Source: Catajapyx aquilonaris (Eukaryota). Taken from it: a stretch of 64,000 nt of DNA. Shown piece by piece: positions 48,780-61,018 of this stretch. Location: positions 1 through 64,000 of the forward strand of contig KZ538397.1 in NCBI GenBank assembly GCA_000934665.2. Direction: 5' to 3'. A program made the position numbers and the translations under genes. Within the stretch, counting starts at the first letter, position 1. Each line of letters begins with the position of its first letter. A model generated the notes under the pieces. That model saw nothing but the letters and a program-made list of their open reading frames with translations. It searched no databases and was not told where the DNA came from.

Positions 48780-51700
48780 CTGAATAAATCAAGGTACAAA
48801 AATTGCATCAGCGATTGTATATACAGACTACAATCCACCGATAGTACAATATTGGACAAATATTTTTAAAATTTAAATGTGTGTCTGATGTACTGTACAT
48901 CTTGCGTTTGTTCTTTATTAGAGTATTTCCATTTGAATCCGACACATTTTATTGGCTTCTTCTTTCTCTTGAACGAAGAGGAAGAATACGGAGAAAGAGC
49001 ACGCAAGCACAACGGAAAACCCATCAAACTCTTCGCATGTGGAAAATTCTGGTACGAGCAGGGCAGGGGCTACACCTAGAGTAAGTGCTACGGAGGTGGA
49101 ACGATTGGTCGTAACTCCAGGCTCCCCATACCATTTCGATGTTCTTGGGATTTTCTTATACTATATTTCACTAGTCCTGGTCAAATTTTTTGCGAGTTGT
49201 CTTTGAAGCCGTGCCCCAACAGCCGTAACCCCGACAGTGGCTCTATTTCCAAGTTTGCTACCTGGTTGAAGCTTTGATGTTCTCATTGCAAGTCCACTGC
49301 ACACCATGCCTGTAGGGAAATCCAGCTTCAAAAGGGTTCTTCATACGTATATTAAGAGAAATTAAATTATCCAAGTTGACAGAGTATTATTCAGACACAC
49401 CTCGAATTCCCAAAGTTTGTGGTAAAGCTGTTATGGTGCCAAGGAACACCGACTGGGTGTTTAACAATTCACATAGAGGTACTCCATGAATTGCAACAGT
49501 TTGGAACATGAAAAGCTTGTGTTGGTACAACTGGCCCTTAGGGAATGTTAGGTGGACATATTCCTTCACACTGTAAATATGTAGCAATGCAAATAACCGA
49601 TCTTGCTGCATTAGGCGTCCACAAGAATTTCTTATGTACAAAAAAATGTATTGTTTCTGTCTACATGTAATATGTAGTTTGGATGAAAATTATTCACAGT
49701 ACAGTGTATTTTTAAAAAAACAAGCTACGACCAAGTCTTCGAAAATAACATTAAGCGCGGAGGCAAGTGACTCTAAATTGGCTGCGAAACGGTACAAGGA
49801 AGTCTTATTAATGATTCAGAAGCACTATTGCGGACATTACACTATAGCGCGTTATGACTCTTGCTTTAAAATGCTTCTAATGCAAAGAAAAGGGCAACAA
49901 ACCTTTCATGCGGCAATCTACAGTGGTTTCCCAGCCTCTGTAATTGGGCTATTACTCCAAAGAAGTTCAGGTCAAAAAGCCACCGAGTCAATATACAGTG
50001 CAAAATGTGAAATGTATGTAGTGTAAAAAAAAAGTTCTAACGTTTAGCCATATGAAGGCACATTATTGCACAGATAGTGGGTCTCTGTAATAGAAATGCT
50101 TCAACTTTTATTCACTTTTGGCTGATTTGCATAGCTGAAATATTCTGTAAAAGGGCAGGGCATCTGGAAGCAATAAATCAGAGAGAAACCGCCCAAACGT
50201 TGGCCGCATAAAAAATGATGGGGAATCGACTAAGGCTAGGGGTGTCGCCAGGGTGAGGTGGTGGGGCTTCTGAGTCAACTACCCCTCAACTCCTGTAAAC
50301 ATGAGCTAGATTCTAGCCCTCAGGTTCGAAACATCGATGTAGGTCAGACTTGTCAGGTTGTCATTTTTAAAACATGGTACGGTGATTCACAGTCCCACGG
50401 CACAGGTTTTTAAAAAGTAACGCTGATCGCAATGGAGGGATAGTCATTTAAAGGATGTACCGAAGAATTGATTACGTAAAATACAACCTCCACCGTAATT
50501 AGCCCGATTGGGTAACTCAGTACTGTAAAGAGATTTGCATTACTGTATGAGAATGAAAAGGGCCATCGATATTCTATTAATTACATAAATGTTCCCTTTC
50601 CCCCGGTATTCAAGAGTAGTTAATTGTTCTCGGAGTTTCCATAAAAACAGAGTCTTGCTACAGAACATCCCTTTGTGGTCCGCACAATACCATTTTGGTA
50701 TTCAGCTTGAGAAAGATTTCCTTTGTTTTTGGCTTTAACGGAAATAGGACACCAAAAATACTTTCACTACCCAAAAACTAGGCTGAGTCAGGATAGTTGG
50801 GTTCAATTTTGGGTTGTTGATGACGTTACTTGGTAAATCAATCTTCCCTCCACGCACCCCTTATGCTCTCCCCTTTCTACCGTTCCTCTCCCCATTTTCC
50901 CCCCTCAGTATGCATACGTGACATTTCCACCGATACGGATTTTTAATTGTGACACACACGGCCTCATTGTACTTTTCCTGACAGACATGGACAACCAACA
51001 ATACAGCTAATGGCGATATGGACATGCAATTTCCTAAAACGCAACTTTGGAAATAAACTGTAGGCTACCTTGCACAAAAAAGATTTCACTTCGTTTGAAA
51101 ATCGCAAGTTAACAATGCTCTCTATCTTTTTCACACACCAACTACTTCCACAGCTCTACTTTTGTTTTCAAAGAAACTTCTAAAGGTTGCTTTCAGCTGA
51201 TAAGAAGCTAAGAATTCAGCCTACTTTTACCGTAAAAAGCGACGCTATTATCTCCCAACGCCAGGCCGGGTTTAGCAATAATTTATCAAGCCGCCTCATG
51301 CCCAGCAACCCAACAACAACGCATTTAAGTTCAATGGTACCCCCGTACCACTGTTAGCAAACCCTGTCACCACCAAATCTGTGCTGTGACTAAAACATGG
51401 CATAACCTGTACCATTTTCCTTACCTTGATATACACCATGGTAAGATAACGTGGCTACACTCTCATCATTGTCATCATCACCAGGAAGGCAGTCACTTGA
51501 TGCCGTTAATTATAATCCCACGTGGAATTTTGGGCACGGAAACGAACCTTCTCATTTTCTTACAGTCCCTAGAAAGTCTGTGAGACTATTCAAGACCGAT
51601 GAAATGAATAGTTTCACGCTCCACAACGTCTGTCAAAGTCTCGCTGCAGAAATCAACTCGACAGAGGCAATTTGAATCCCGGATAATGAACATCACTCGA

Positions 51701-54700
51701 CTAGCACAATGGCGCTCTCTGCCTACCCTAAGACTTGCAAACAAGGAACGCCTGGGGTCCTTTGTAGTTCTCTCGGAACACTCGCGTACTAGGTTGCATC
51801 TTCTGGCACAGTTTCGTGCATTTATCCAACTAAGCGTATCACACGCACTTGCGCGGCACTTGTTTACTAACGCCAGAGGGGGGTTACAACCGATAGGAGT
51901 ACAAACAAAGTTCGGTCATCGAACTGCCTTATATGTCTGCAATTGCCACAAGACTGCGTCAAGGCGATGGTACAGTTCAGGGTGGGGAGAGAGCGTTATT
52001 ATTTATACAGGAGATTCGGGTGTGCAATTGTGCTTGACTCATCAGGGCTGGGGGAAAATAACCACCCCCGTCCACCTTTGCTGGTAATGACAAGCAGGGG
52101 GACATTGATTTTAGGGTGCGTTCCTGTACTGTATAACGTAGACGGACAGGATAATAGCATAACGTGTCCCACTTTGGACACCATGCCATCCATATTCGAC
52201 ATATCCATTGGATTTGGTTACAAAACCATACCACACTTCGGCACACCCTGATATATTACGAGGCGTGAAAATAGGCAAGTCTGAAACAGATAGCTAAAAT
52301 GTATCATAACCTTTCACCACATATTTTTCTCCACCCTCGATCTGTGATAAGGACGTAATAAGGTTTCACATGCGGAACAAAAGGGCTTTTATTATTTACG
52401 CATGAGGCTAACAATTGGTGGCCCTAGGGGGAGGAGAGCTTGCTGTGGGATTCTAGTCTGTATGGAATACAGGGTTTAATTCATAGGATCACGGTTGAAC
52501 CGAACCCTAAGGGAATATCTGTGATGGGATGATATCGACACCAGACGTGTTTTGTATGGAATTCATTCAGATTATAGGGAAGTCGAACGCCTCCACTATC
52601 ATACTATCAGGACTGAAACAATGTGGAAAAAAGTACAATCCAGTTTCCCTCATATAACCCATCTCCCAACCAGCCTCGATCAAGGTGGGAAAATGATGTC
52701 TGCATCCATCCCCGTACACCACCGAAGGCGATCCATTAACGAACGAGTTCCATCAAACTAATTTCTGATAGAAGAGAGTGTCGTACTGATTTAGGATGTG
52801 TTATAGGGCTACAGTGTGGATGATAGCCAGCAGCTTATGACAGCCTATTTTGCTAGAACAAATACTGAGCAAACAAAGTCGTTATAATAACAGCCGTCAA
52901 ACGTCAAAAGCAAGCTACAGGACTATAAGCTCTAACCGATACAGTACATTACATATACCGGTACTGTACACAAAATTGCGCGTAAAACTTTAAAGAGCTC
53001 TGATTTATTAAAGTTTTGCCCAGCTTATTTCTATATGAATAAGTGCGGTGTACTGATAGTTTCAGTGTAATACATAGTACCTCATAATAATAAAGTCCAT
53101 CCATAAGGCAACATCAATATGACATTTAGTATGCATAACTTTAAAATTCAGTTTTCAAGATAACACTATACATCTCGGTAGCATAATTGCTAGTTTATGC
53201 TTCCAGAAATAAAGATATCTACTGATAACTTTATATCGAAAGAGAAGAGCTCCATATAGACTGTTCCCAATTAAAAGAACATTATAGCAGATGGGATTGG
53301 AAATTGAAGAGCACTCTGTGTTATACAGGTTAATTACATTTACCATAGGAACAAGTAGGTGTTCAATGTACAGAGTTTCCTTTTTTCCCAATCCAATTTC
53401 ATTAAGTCTTTTACGGTACAAATTAGTAATGCAGCGAACATTCCCCGGAGGTTTTGCACTGAACCTCGTCCATGCATAGCAAGTGCGCCAAATACGCATT
53501 TCCCTCTCGTGAACAAAATGCTGCAAAATTAATGCATAACAGAAACTGTTTAACTTTACAGAAAGTACGGTACGTACGAGTCTTGCGCCACAATGCAGCC
53601 AGTAATAATTGGTTTCCTTCGGAAATGTGATTCTACTGTCGTCAGACTCTCGCCAAATGAGATATTTGGCCCGTTTCCATGCGCTTAGTCCATGATGCAA
53701 TTATTGCACTCAGTACTACACACATTTCGCCCCAAATTACAGGTGTTTCCAATAAATTTTTGAGCAGCCAGTCCAGAGAATGCACAAATAATTCAAGGTT
53801 CCTAAAAGCACCGCTCTAAATCGTGTCGTTAATGGACTCAAAGAACTGGCTCTTGAGTATACTTACTATAGGAATATATCTTAAGCTTAAGACGGAATAA
53901 GGAATCACACTAAATATCCTTGGCAGCCCTATTTCTGCAGTGATGCATGAACTATCTGAGAGTTGACCTTCTCAGGGCATCCCTCTGACCCCGTAAGGTC
54001 ACTCATGGTGGTCCAATAATACACCGGGTATGGAGCAACCGTTTATTAGACTAGCCTGCTTTCCGGCCACAACACAACGACTAGCACACACCAGCTCCCC
54101 CACCCAGCGCTCTCCTGCTATCTAGTGATGGGACGTCACAACTAGTAGATTACGGTCACTAAAGAACTAAATAATCCGAATTTTTGCAACCAATTCTTCC
54201 ATATGGATACCCTGATGTATAACTGAACAGTGCTGCTAGTCAAGCACCGGCTGTTCATATACTAAAGTGGAAACGATCGAACAGGTGTCAGACCTTTTAT
54301 CGGATGTTCACAATATAAGCACGCTTACAAAACACGAGCTGATAATACTCTAATAAATTCTGACACTTATTAAACATCCTGTGCTCTTCAGAATGCTTAC
54401 AGCAGCCGCTCATTTTCATGGGGATTAGTACGGGTTTTTCCTCTTTCGCTTACTCGGAGGAGGAAAGTTTCATCAATATATTTTCCTATCCAAAACCTGC
54501 CTTCACAGGCACCACTGTTAATGTGTTGGGTTATATGTTAGATGTATCAAAGTTGCTAATATACCACTGTAGAACCGCCAGGACCTATTTACCCGAAATC
54601 AACACTGAAGAGCTTATTACAGTGTAGAATACAGTATTTAAATGTTTCCCTTACCTTGAAGTAAATTCCCATCATGATTCCAGATATTAAAGCAAACCAT

Positions 54701-55645
54701 GCCAGATGAATCATCCTTCATTCCCTAATTCACCCACTGCCCCAGCCCTTCTAGCAAATTCCGAATGCGACTCACTGGTCCAAATTAAAACGCCAAATAA
54801 GATTTGGCGCACCCAAATCAAATACCACCAGGAAGTGAAAGAGCCAACGATCCTGTCCTTCTGACTCTTCTTACCCCCTATGAGAACTATAGGGGGAAAA
54901 AAATAGACTCGCACTGTTATTAGTAGCATCAGATGCATGCGTGTTAAGCTTTCTTCGTGTAATTACCAAGATCCTTCCTTCATGATAGAAGAATCACGCA
55001 TATAGCACTCTCATTCTCGTTATCCGGAAATTACCCTCTTGAAAAAGACAACCGGAAGTGTTTCCCTTGTTAATGTCCTGAATCATGAACATTTTGTTTA
55101 CACTAAGTTTAATTATATTATCTATTTTCGACGCCCAGTTTAGTGGCGCGACTTGGAGTCCTAGTAAACTCCTGGTAAAATTGGGCCTGGTTTGAGAGGA
55201 TATAAGTCAAGCTTGGCTGGAGGAAGAAGATTGGTGGTGATATTGTCTCCCTCCATGTGCCCGTCTTTCCTCAAGGTAGAGAAAGAGACAGGTCCGATGT
55301 GATCCGGTGCAATTTTATCAGATTGCACTATACTTGTGCAAACGGGAATTGCAGTGAATGCGACATTTCCTGGTGGTTGGAATTCCAAGTGGGTGTGTCT
55401 GTGGATGGACTCGCCGATTGGTTGTGACCGCTACAAGCACTTGCACTCTGCTTTGAGCGTTGCACACTAGTTTGTTTCCTCAAGGCGCGAGTAGCTGTGG
55501 TAAACCTTGTCCCAGATTCAATTGCTGCTAAATGACAGCTCGAGTTACATGAAAGTGGGCGGGAATTAACACTATTTAATGTGAGTGCTAACTGTGCAAA
55601 TATTAACTGGTATTCACCCCTATTCAATACTTATTAATTAAAGGC

Positions 55646-55710
<65 letters not shown>

Positions 55711-56010
55711 CCTGGGGTAGTGCTTTCATCCCCAAGTGGGGGTATATCACACGGACCTTTATTTTTGTTATTATTGTACAATATATTGGTGCCTATTAAT
55801 TGAAGCGCCCGGGCCCACGGGCAGGATGACAGGAGGGGATGTGCAAAGTGCAGTGCGCGGACTGATATGGGTACATTTTGTGAACTCCCCCGGGTGGATA
55901 TGTCTAATGGAGATTCCACCCGAGACGCAGCCAGGGACGACCTAAACTCTGCACGAGATGAAGGGGGTGTCCCCGGGCTGAGATCGAACCCGGGACCTTA
56001 AGGTTCCGAT
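55646..56010 (-). mobile_element. tRNA-derived SINE with (ATT)n tail
   Basis: Minus-strand GGTCCCGGGTTCGATCTC B box near 55980-56000; body shared with 35021-35180; microsatellite 55646-55710 at the 3' end. Confidence 0.7.
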
Positions 56011-56735
56011 TCAGCTGAAGCCCCAGTTTTCTTCCAATTTTCATGCAATATTTAAAATGAACCGTTCCATTTACATCTTTAATTATGTCAAATAATGTTA
56101 ATATCACTTCTTCAAAGGGTTGCGTAAGGGGTGTCGTTTCAAAATTAATATATTTAACATGATTAAACCTGCCGCAAAGTAAGCTCTGAAATAAATTTTG
56201 GCGCAATAGCAATGCTGAACAATTTATGAGAAAAAAGTCCCGATAGTGTCGTTGCGTAAAGAATGCTGTTCTTAAGGTTTCGTAAGGTATATTGTAACAC
56301 ATATCATGTTATTATAATTATAAAAAATGAAAACCAATTTCCTAGCCAATTAAGATTAAATGTTTTTTTCTACAAGTTGAATACTTGAATTAATTTTCCC
56401 AAAAAAATATACCTGTATAAGAAGCCACGAAAGATATGGAACAATATTATATTTATTTTATTTAATATATGTCTAGTAATTACGAGATTGTTAAACTGCA
56501 TAATGTCGTGAGATAATTCTGCATGGATTTAACTCTGCGTGTACAGATTATTGAACGAAATTTTTCTATATTTTGCGGAAGTTCAATATCTTTCTAGTGA
56601 CCCATACTGAAATAATAAATGAAGGGTATTAAAGTCAGGGTAATTATTTTAATAATTTTGCGGGACTTTTTGGCTAGTCTGACAGACAGTGCCATCTGGG
56701 TGAGATGGCCCCTTTTAGTCTCCCCCCCCCCCCCC

Positions 56736-56805
56736 NNNNNNNNNNNNNNNNNNNNNNNNNNNNNNNNNNNNNNNNNNNNNNNNNNNNNNNNNNNNNNNNN
56801 NNNNN
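56736..56805. other. Assembly gap (70 N) flanked by poly-C and (CT)n
   Basis: Run of N. Confidence 0.99.
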
Positions 56806-58196
56806 CTCTCTCTCTCTCTCTCTCTCTCTCTTCCCTCCCCCCCTATTTGTGACCCCCTTGGGCACACACTGACCCTTCTATTCGATATTTCTCCCAATTC
56901 CCTTCCCTGCTACAAGACAGCCAAGCTCTCATACTTAGGCTAGGTCAATAATATTCCTTGCGTTCAGATACTAGAGAAGGCGTATTGGTTGCTATAAAAA
57001 TTAAGTTAGTTACGCAGCAACATTTTGTGATAATAAACCACAATCTCTTATTTACAACTCACTCTTGGAGCGATCTTTCGTTTTAATTTTTCACCTTTCC
57101 GCTGAAAATGAACATTCCATGCACATGTGACACTTTATGGTGTACTACAAAAATCGAATTTGGCGACATAAAGACAGCAGGTACAACCCAAAGTTATCCT
57201 GAATCAGACATTGCCAAAAAATAATGAGTTGATTTAAGAATAGCCAGAGTAATGAAGGTCACCGTATTCCGAAATTTGGGCCGGGCGGGAAATCAGCCCT
57301 TTTTCAGAGAATTATTTCGGTTATCTTGAGATTTATTGGAAATCAAATTAATAACTACGGAAAAATGTTGCATGAAGTCTATAACGACTGTAACATATCG
57401 GTTCCTTCAGGTCTGCAGCTACTAGATTCATTCACTTGTGATTTCAAACATTTTATATCTCCCTGTGGCTAATCTGTAACACTCCCCCTGTGACCCAACC
57501 CTCCCCGGAAGGAGAGGGTCTAAGTCATAAAATAATTTACCCTTTTTAACAATCCCATTTTCAAACGAACCAGACCCTCCTCAGTCACCTCCCCTAACCC
57601 CTGCCTGAGGTCAAACCGACACTAGCCCCATCTAAGCGGATTCTCCGCGAACTGTTTTTGGCTGAATCGGGACCTTAACATCCGTGGACGCATACGTTTC
57701 CGCAGCGCCACTCCGTCTCCCCCATCCTCGCAGAGTATGTACGCTTCTTTCAAAGTAACTGCATTATGGCATGGTATTATTATTGCATTACCCTCCATCA
57801 TACTAAATATATGCATGACATGCTGAGAGATGATAGCGCTCCGTGACTACTTCGGAAATGGCAGTAAGCCAGAATAGTTTATTAGCATCCAGTATGTGAC
57901 TACTCGATGTCCTTCGGACGTAATCAAAGCTACGGCTCATATTCAAAAAAGTTGCATGTATTTTTGTACAGAATTATGCATTTTTTCATTAGCCTACTGA
58001 CTTCACTTAATTGGCATTGATACGCAGGAAATAACCGGATAAGATAGAAAGTTAAGCATAAAGGTCATTTAATTCATTGTGTATCGACTTGTATGGCTTA
58101 AACTTTGGGGAGTTTGGGATGTTAATGTTATCATTCTCAATAATATTTCACCTAATACTGTCAACGATGTTTGTTTGCATGTCCGCTGGAAGTTAT

Positions 58197-58309
58197 CTCT
58201 CTCCCCACTGGGTGCGCCACCTCTCTGACTACATCCCTGCTTACTCTCTCTCTCCCCACTGGGTGCGCCACCTCTCTGACTACATCCCTGCTTAGTCTCT
58301 CTCCCCACA
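58197..58309. repeat. 51-bp tandem duplication (~2.2 copies)
   Basis: CTCCCCACTGGGTGCGCCACCTCTCTGACTACATCCCTGCTTA repeated at 58201 and 58252. Confidence 0.9.
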
Positions 58310-58368
58310 CACCTTCCACCACCTTCCGCTAGAGGGTGCTCCACACGCTGCCAGGTGGCCCTCCTGTA

Positions 58369-58530
58369 CAGTGTTGGGCATTAATCGAGGCATACTGCTA
58401 GCGACATTTTCCGAAGTGGCAGAAGAAGTAATTTTGTTCCCCCGGCTTGCAGTATCCTTATCTTCGATTCCTTCTTCTGCCGCTTCGGAAAATGTCGCTG
58501 TCAGTATGCCTCGATTAATGTCCAACACTG
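58369..58530. mobile_element. Tc1-type MITE (CAGTGTTGGRCATTAATCG TIR)
   Basis: ~60-bp TIRs; same termini as the element nested at 38834-39133. Confidence 0.82.
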
Positions 58531-58545
58531 AACAGTTACTCCCAG

Positions 58546-58886
58546 CAGTCACTCCCGCTACCCCCGTGAGCTTAGCTGATTTCCCCCACCGAGGGGGATT
58601 GGCCGCGGTTGGCGCTAGAGTCAAGTGCCAACATGGTGGCGCCTTACCTAGCGGGGCAATTCTGAACCCTTTTGGTCGACTCCTTTTCGCTGGAGTTTAA
58701 AAATACCTCCTGTGCTCTTTTTAGCCAATATACTACCTCCAGCCAATGGAGTCGACCATAATGGTTCCGAATTGCCCCGATAGGTAAGGCGCCACCATCT
58801 TGGTGCATGACTCTAGCGCAACCGAGGCCAATCCCCCTCGGTGGGGGAGATCAGGTAAGCTCACGCAAAAAGAGGGAGAATGACTG
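58546..58886. mobile_element. ~340-bp palindromic MITE-like element
   Basis: 58565-58683 mirrors 58748-58865. Confidence 0.8.
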
Positions 58887-58978
58887 GGGGCTGGTTATTC
58901 CTGTACTCCTGTACAGTTACCGCGTGCACCGAAAGTGCACCCACGACCAATTGTTGTTACAAATTATAAGAGTTTACT

Positions 58979-59929
58979 CAAAGAGCTTATACTAGGAAGA
59001 GTGGAAAAAACAGCTGGTAGCATAGCAACCGTGTCGCCAATCGACTGACCTGCCACCTGGCGAGTCGACAGCGAAACTCGATACTGTATTGTACAATACG
59101 GTAGATCGAGGCAGTGCCGGAAATATGGCAGTAAAAGCCCCAGAGGTTGGAAATAAGCTATAAGCACTCGTATACTCTCGTTGGTGTAAAAATTGACGAC
59201 AAAACACGATGTAGAACACCTGTGAATAAAATACCATCACGAAAAGCAAATTGTTTGCCAGAAGTTTATTGCCACTACAATAATCCCACACTCTGCGCCA
59301 TACAATACACACCACGGTAGGCAGGCTACTGTTAGGCTACTGTACACGCTGGTCATGATGCTGAACGTGGTCATGACAGGAAGATGTACCCCCCGCTGCT
59401 ATGTCCATCTTGTGGCGGGACGGGCTTGTTGTTCTTCTATACCGTGAACTCGAGAGCCGTGGAGGGTCCTTTGGTAATGAAAAGAATGCGATCCGAGACC
59501 CCGTGCGCGAACAGCAGTAGTAGCATCGCACTCGGCACCCAACCCCCGACCGTCTACGCCCCACTATGCCGGCCTTGGAACTAGTTCCATTTCAAAATTC
59601 GAACGTGATTTCTAAGCAACGAGGTGATTATTTGGATTGTTAGGTGCAGGGTGGCAAGCTGCGTCGAATATCAGTTTCGGGTCCAAAATTAGTGCCTTAA
59701 CCGCATACGACCTCATATTGGTCAGTTTTTAGATTTATAACTCTTAATTATGTGCCTCTTGATATTAAATCAACGCAGTTTATTGAAATTCCTCTCGACA
59801 GCACTCGACGGTGCCGCCTAGTGGCGCCGCGTAGTGAGCCAACAGCAAAACACGTTGGCCAAACAACTGGCCAAAAAGTGGCGACGCTTGGAAACCGTTT
59901 TTTCCACTCTTCCTAGTATAAGCTCTTTG
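58979..59929 (-). mobile_element. P-element-derived non-autonomous transposon with 8-bp TSD and THAP-like remnant
   Basis: AGTTTACT|CAAAGAGCTTATACTAGGAAGAGTGGAAAAA...TTTTTCCACTCTTCCTAGTATAAGCTCTTTG|AGTTTACT; 59564-59460 encodes ...GCRVRCYYCCSRTGSRIAFFSLPKDP. Confidence 0.85.
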
Positions 59930-60953
59930 AGTTTACTGCAATATATCCCGATTACGCTGTGTTTCTATGTGAAGCTCTGAAAATCATAACACGCTAGCAG
60001 TGTTTCCGAGGTCATGGTCAACCGAAAAATCTATATAATTATATGCGGTTTTACTGTCATGTTTTTAGATCCACATAGTCTAAAAATACTGGGCAGGTCT
60101 ACCCTCCACCGCGGATGTTACGTTACGTTGCAAAATTTCTAATCCTTCTTAGGTAGTCCGCTTATGTAGGAATATCGGAATGTCCAGAAACCACTTTTGA
60201 TTATCTGATGAGATTAGTATTACCAGTGCAATGACCACTTTCAGAAACAGCTTGTGGATTTACGAAGATAAATATTAATGAAAATATTAACAAGAAATAA
60301 TTCTCTAATTTCGTTGGTACAGTACTTGAATAACGAGATATTAAATATCCTAGCATCATGTCTGTGGAGCTGGTCGTGACAGGCTTATACAGTAAGCTAC
60401 AGTGGATTGTAAAGGGGTTTAATCGCTCTATTCATGCCTAACGTCTCGGTCGTAATTTTTTTTTGTACCTTCCATTTAAAATTGTACGTTTTATGTTGAA
60501 TGGATAGTTACCAAAAAAACCGCAGCCATTTCCGTTACATCTACTCTGGTTTATTGAATAAATAAAGGATACCATAACATGCTCTTTCTCCCTTCCCTTT
60601 CTCCCTCTCTCTCTCCCGCAAAAAAGTCACCTACACATGGCTGGCCATGTGGTAAGGTCAGTTATCCCGCAATGAAATTTTTAGTCCGGAATTCAAAAGC
60701 TGGTTCTGACACTTAGCGTAAATGTGGATGTGGATGAAATACGTGGCCGGTTAAATCAGGTCTTTTTAAGGGTTTGCCAGCAACAAGGAGCACTATTTTT
60801 TCACAACGCACTTGATAATGCCAGATCTCACAAGTACTTTGCTCTTTGCCACATTGTTACATACATCGTATATGCTCGATACACATAAAGCTCGGGGAAC
60901 TGTGTGAAACACCAGAATTCGTAATAAATGGTTAATTTCTTTAAAACAATGAG

Positions 60954-61018
60954 TGTACTATATACGCCAAATTGTTTCATACCCCGGGGGTATGAAACAA
61001 TTTGGCGTATATAGTACA
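60954..61018. repeat. Perfect 65-bp palindrome
   Basis: TGTACTATATACGCCAAATTGTTTCATACCCC G GGGGTATGAAACAATTTGGCGTATATAGTACA. Confidence 0.92.

Noticed and set aside
53155..53700. 181-aa minus-strand ORF
   Set aside because: Non-ATG start, no recognisable motif and no clear splice signals
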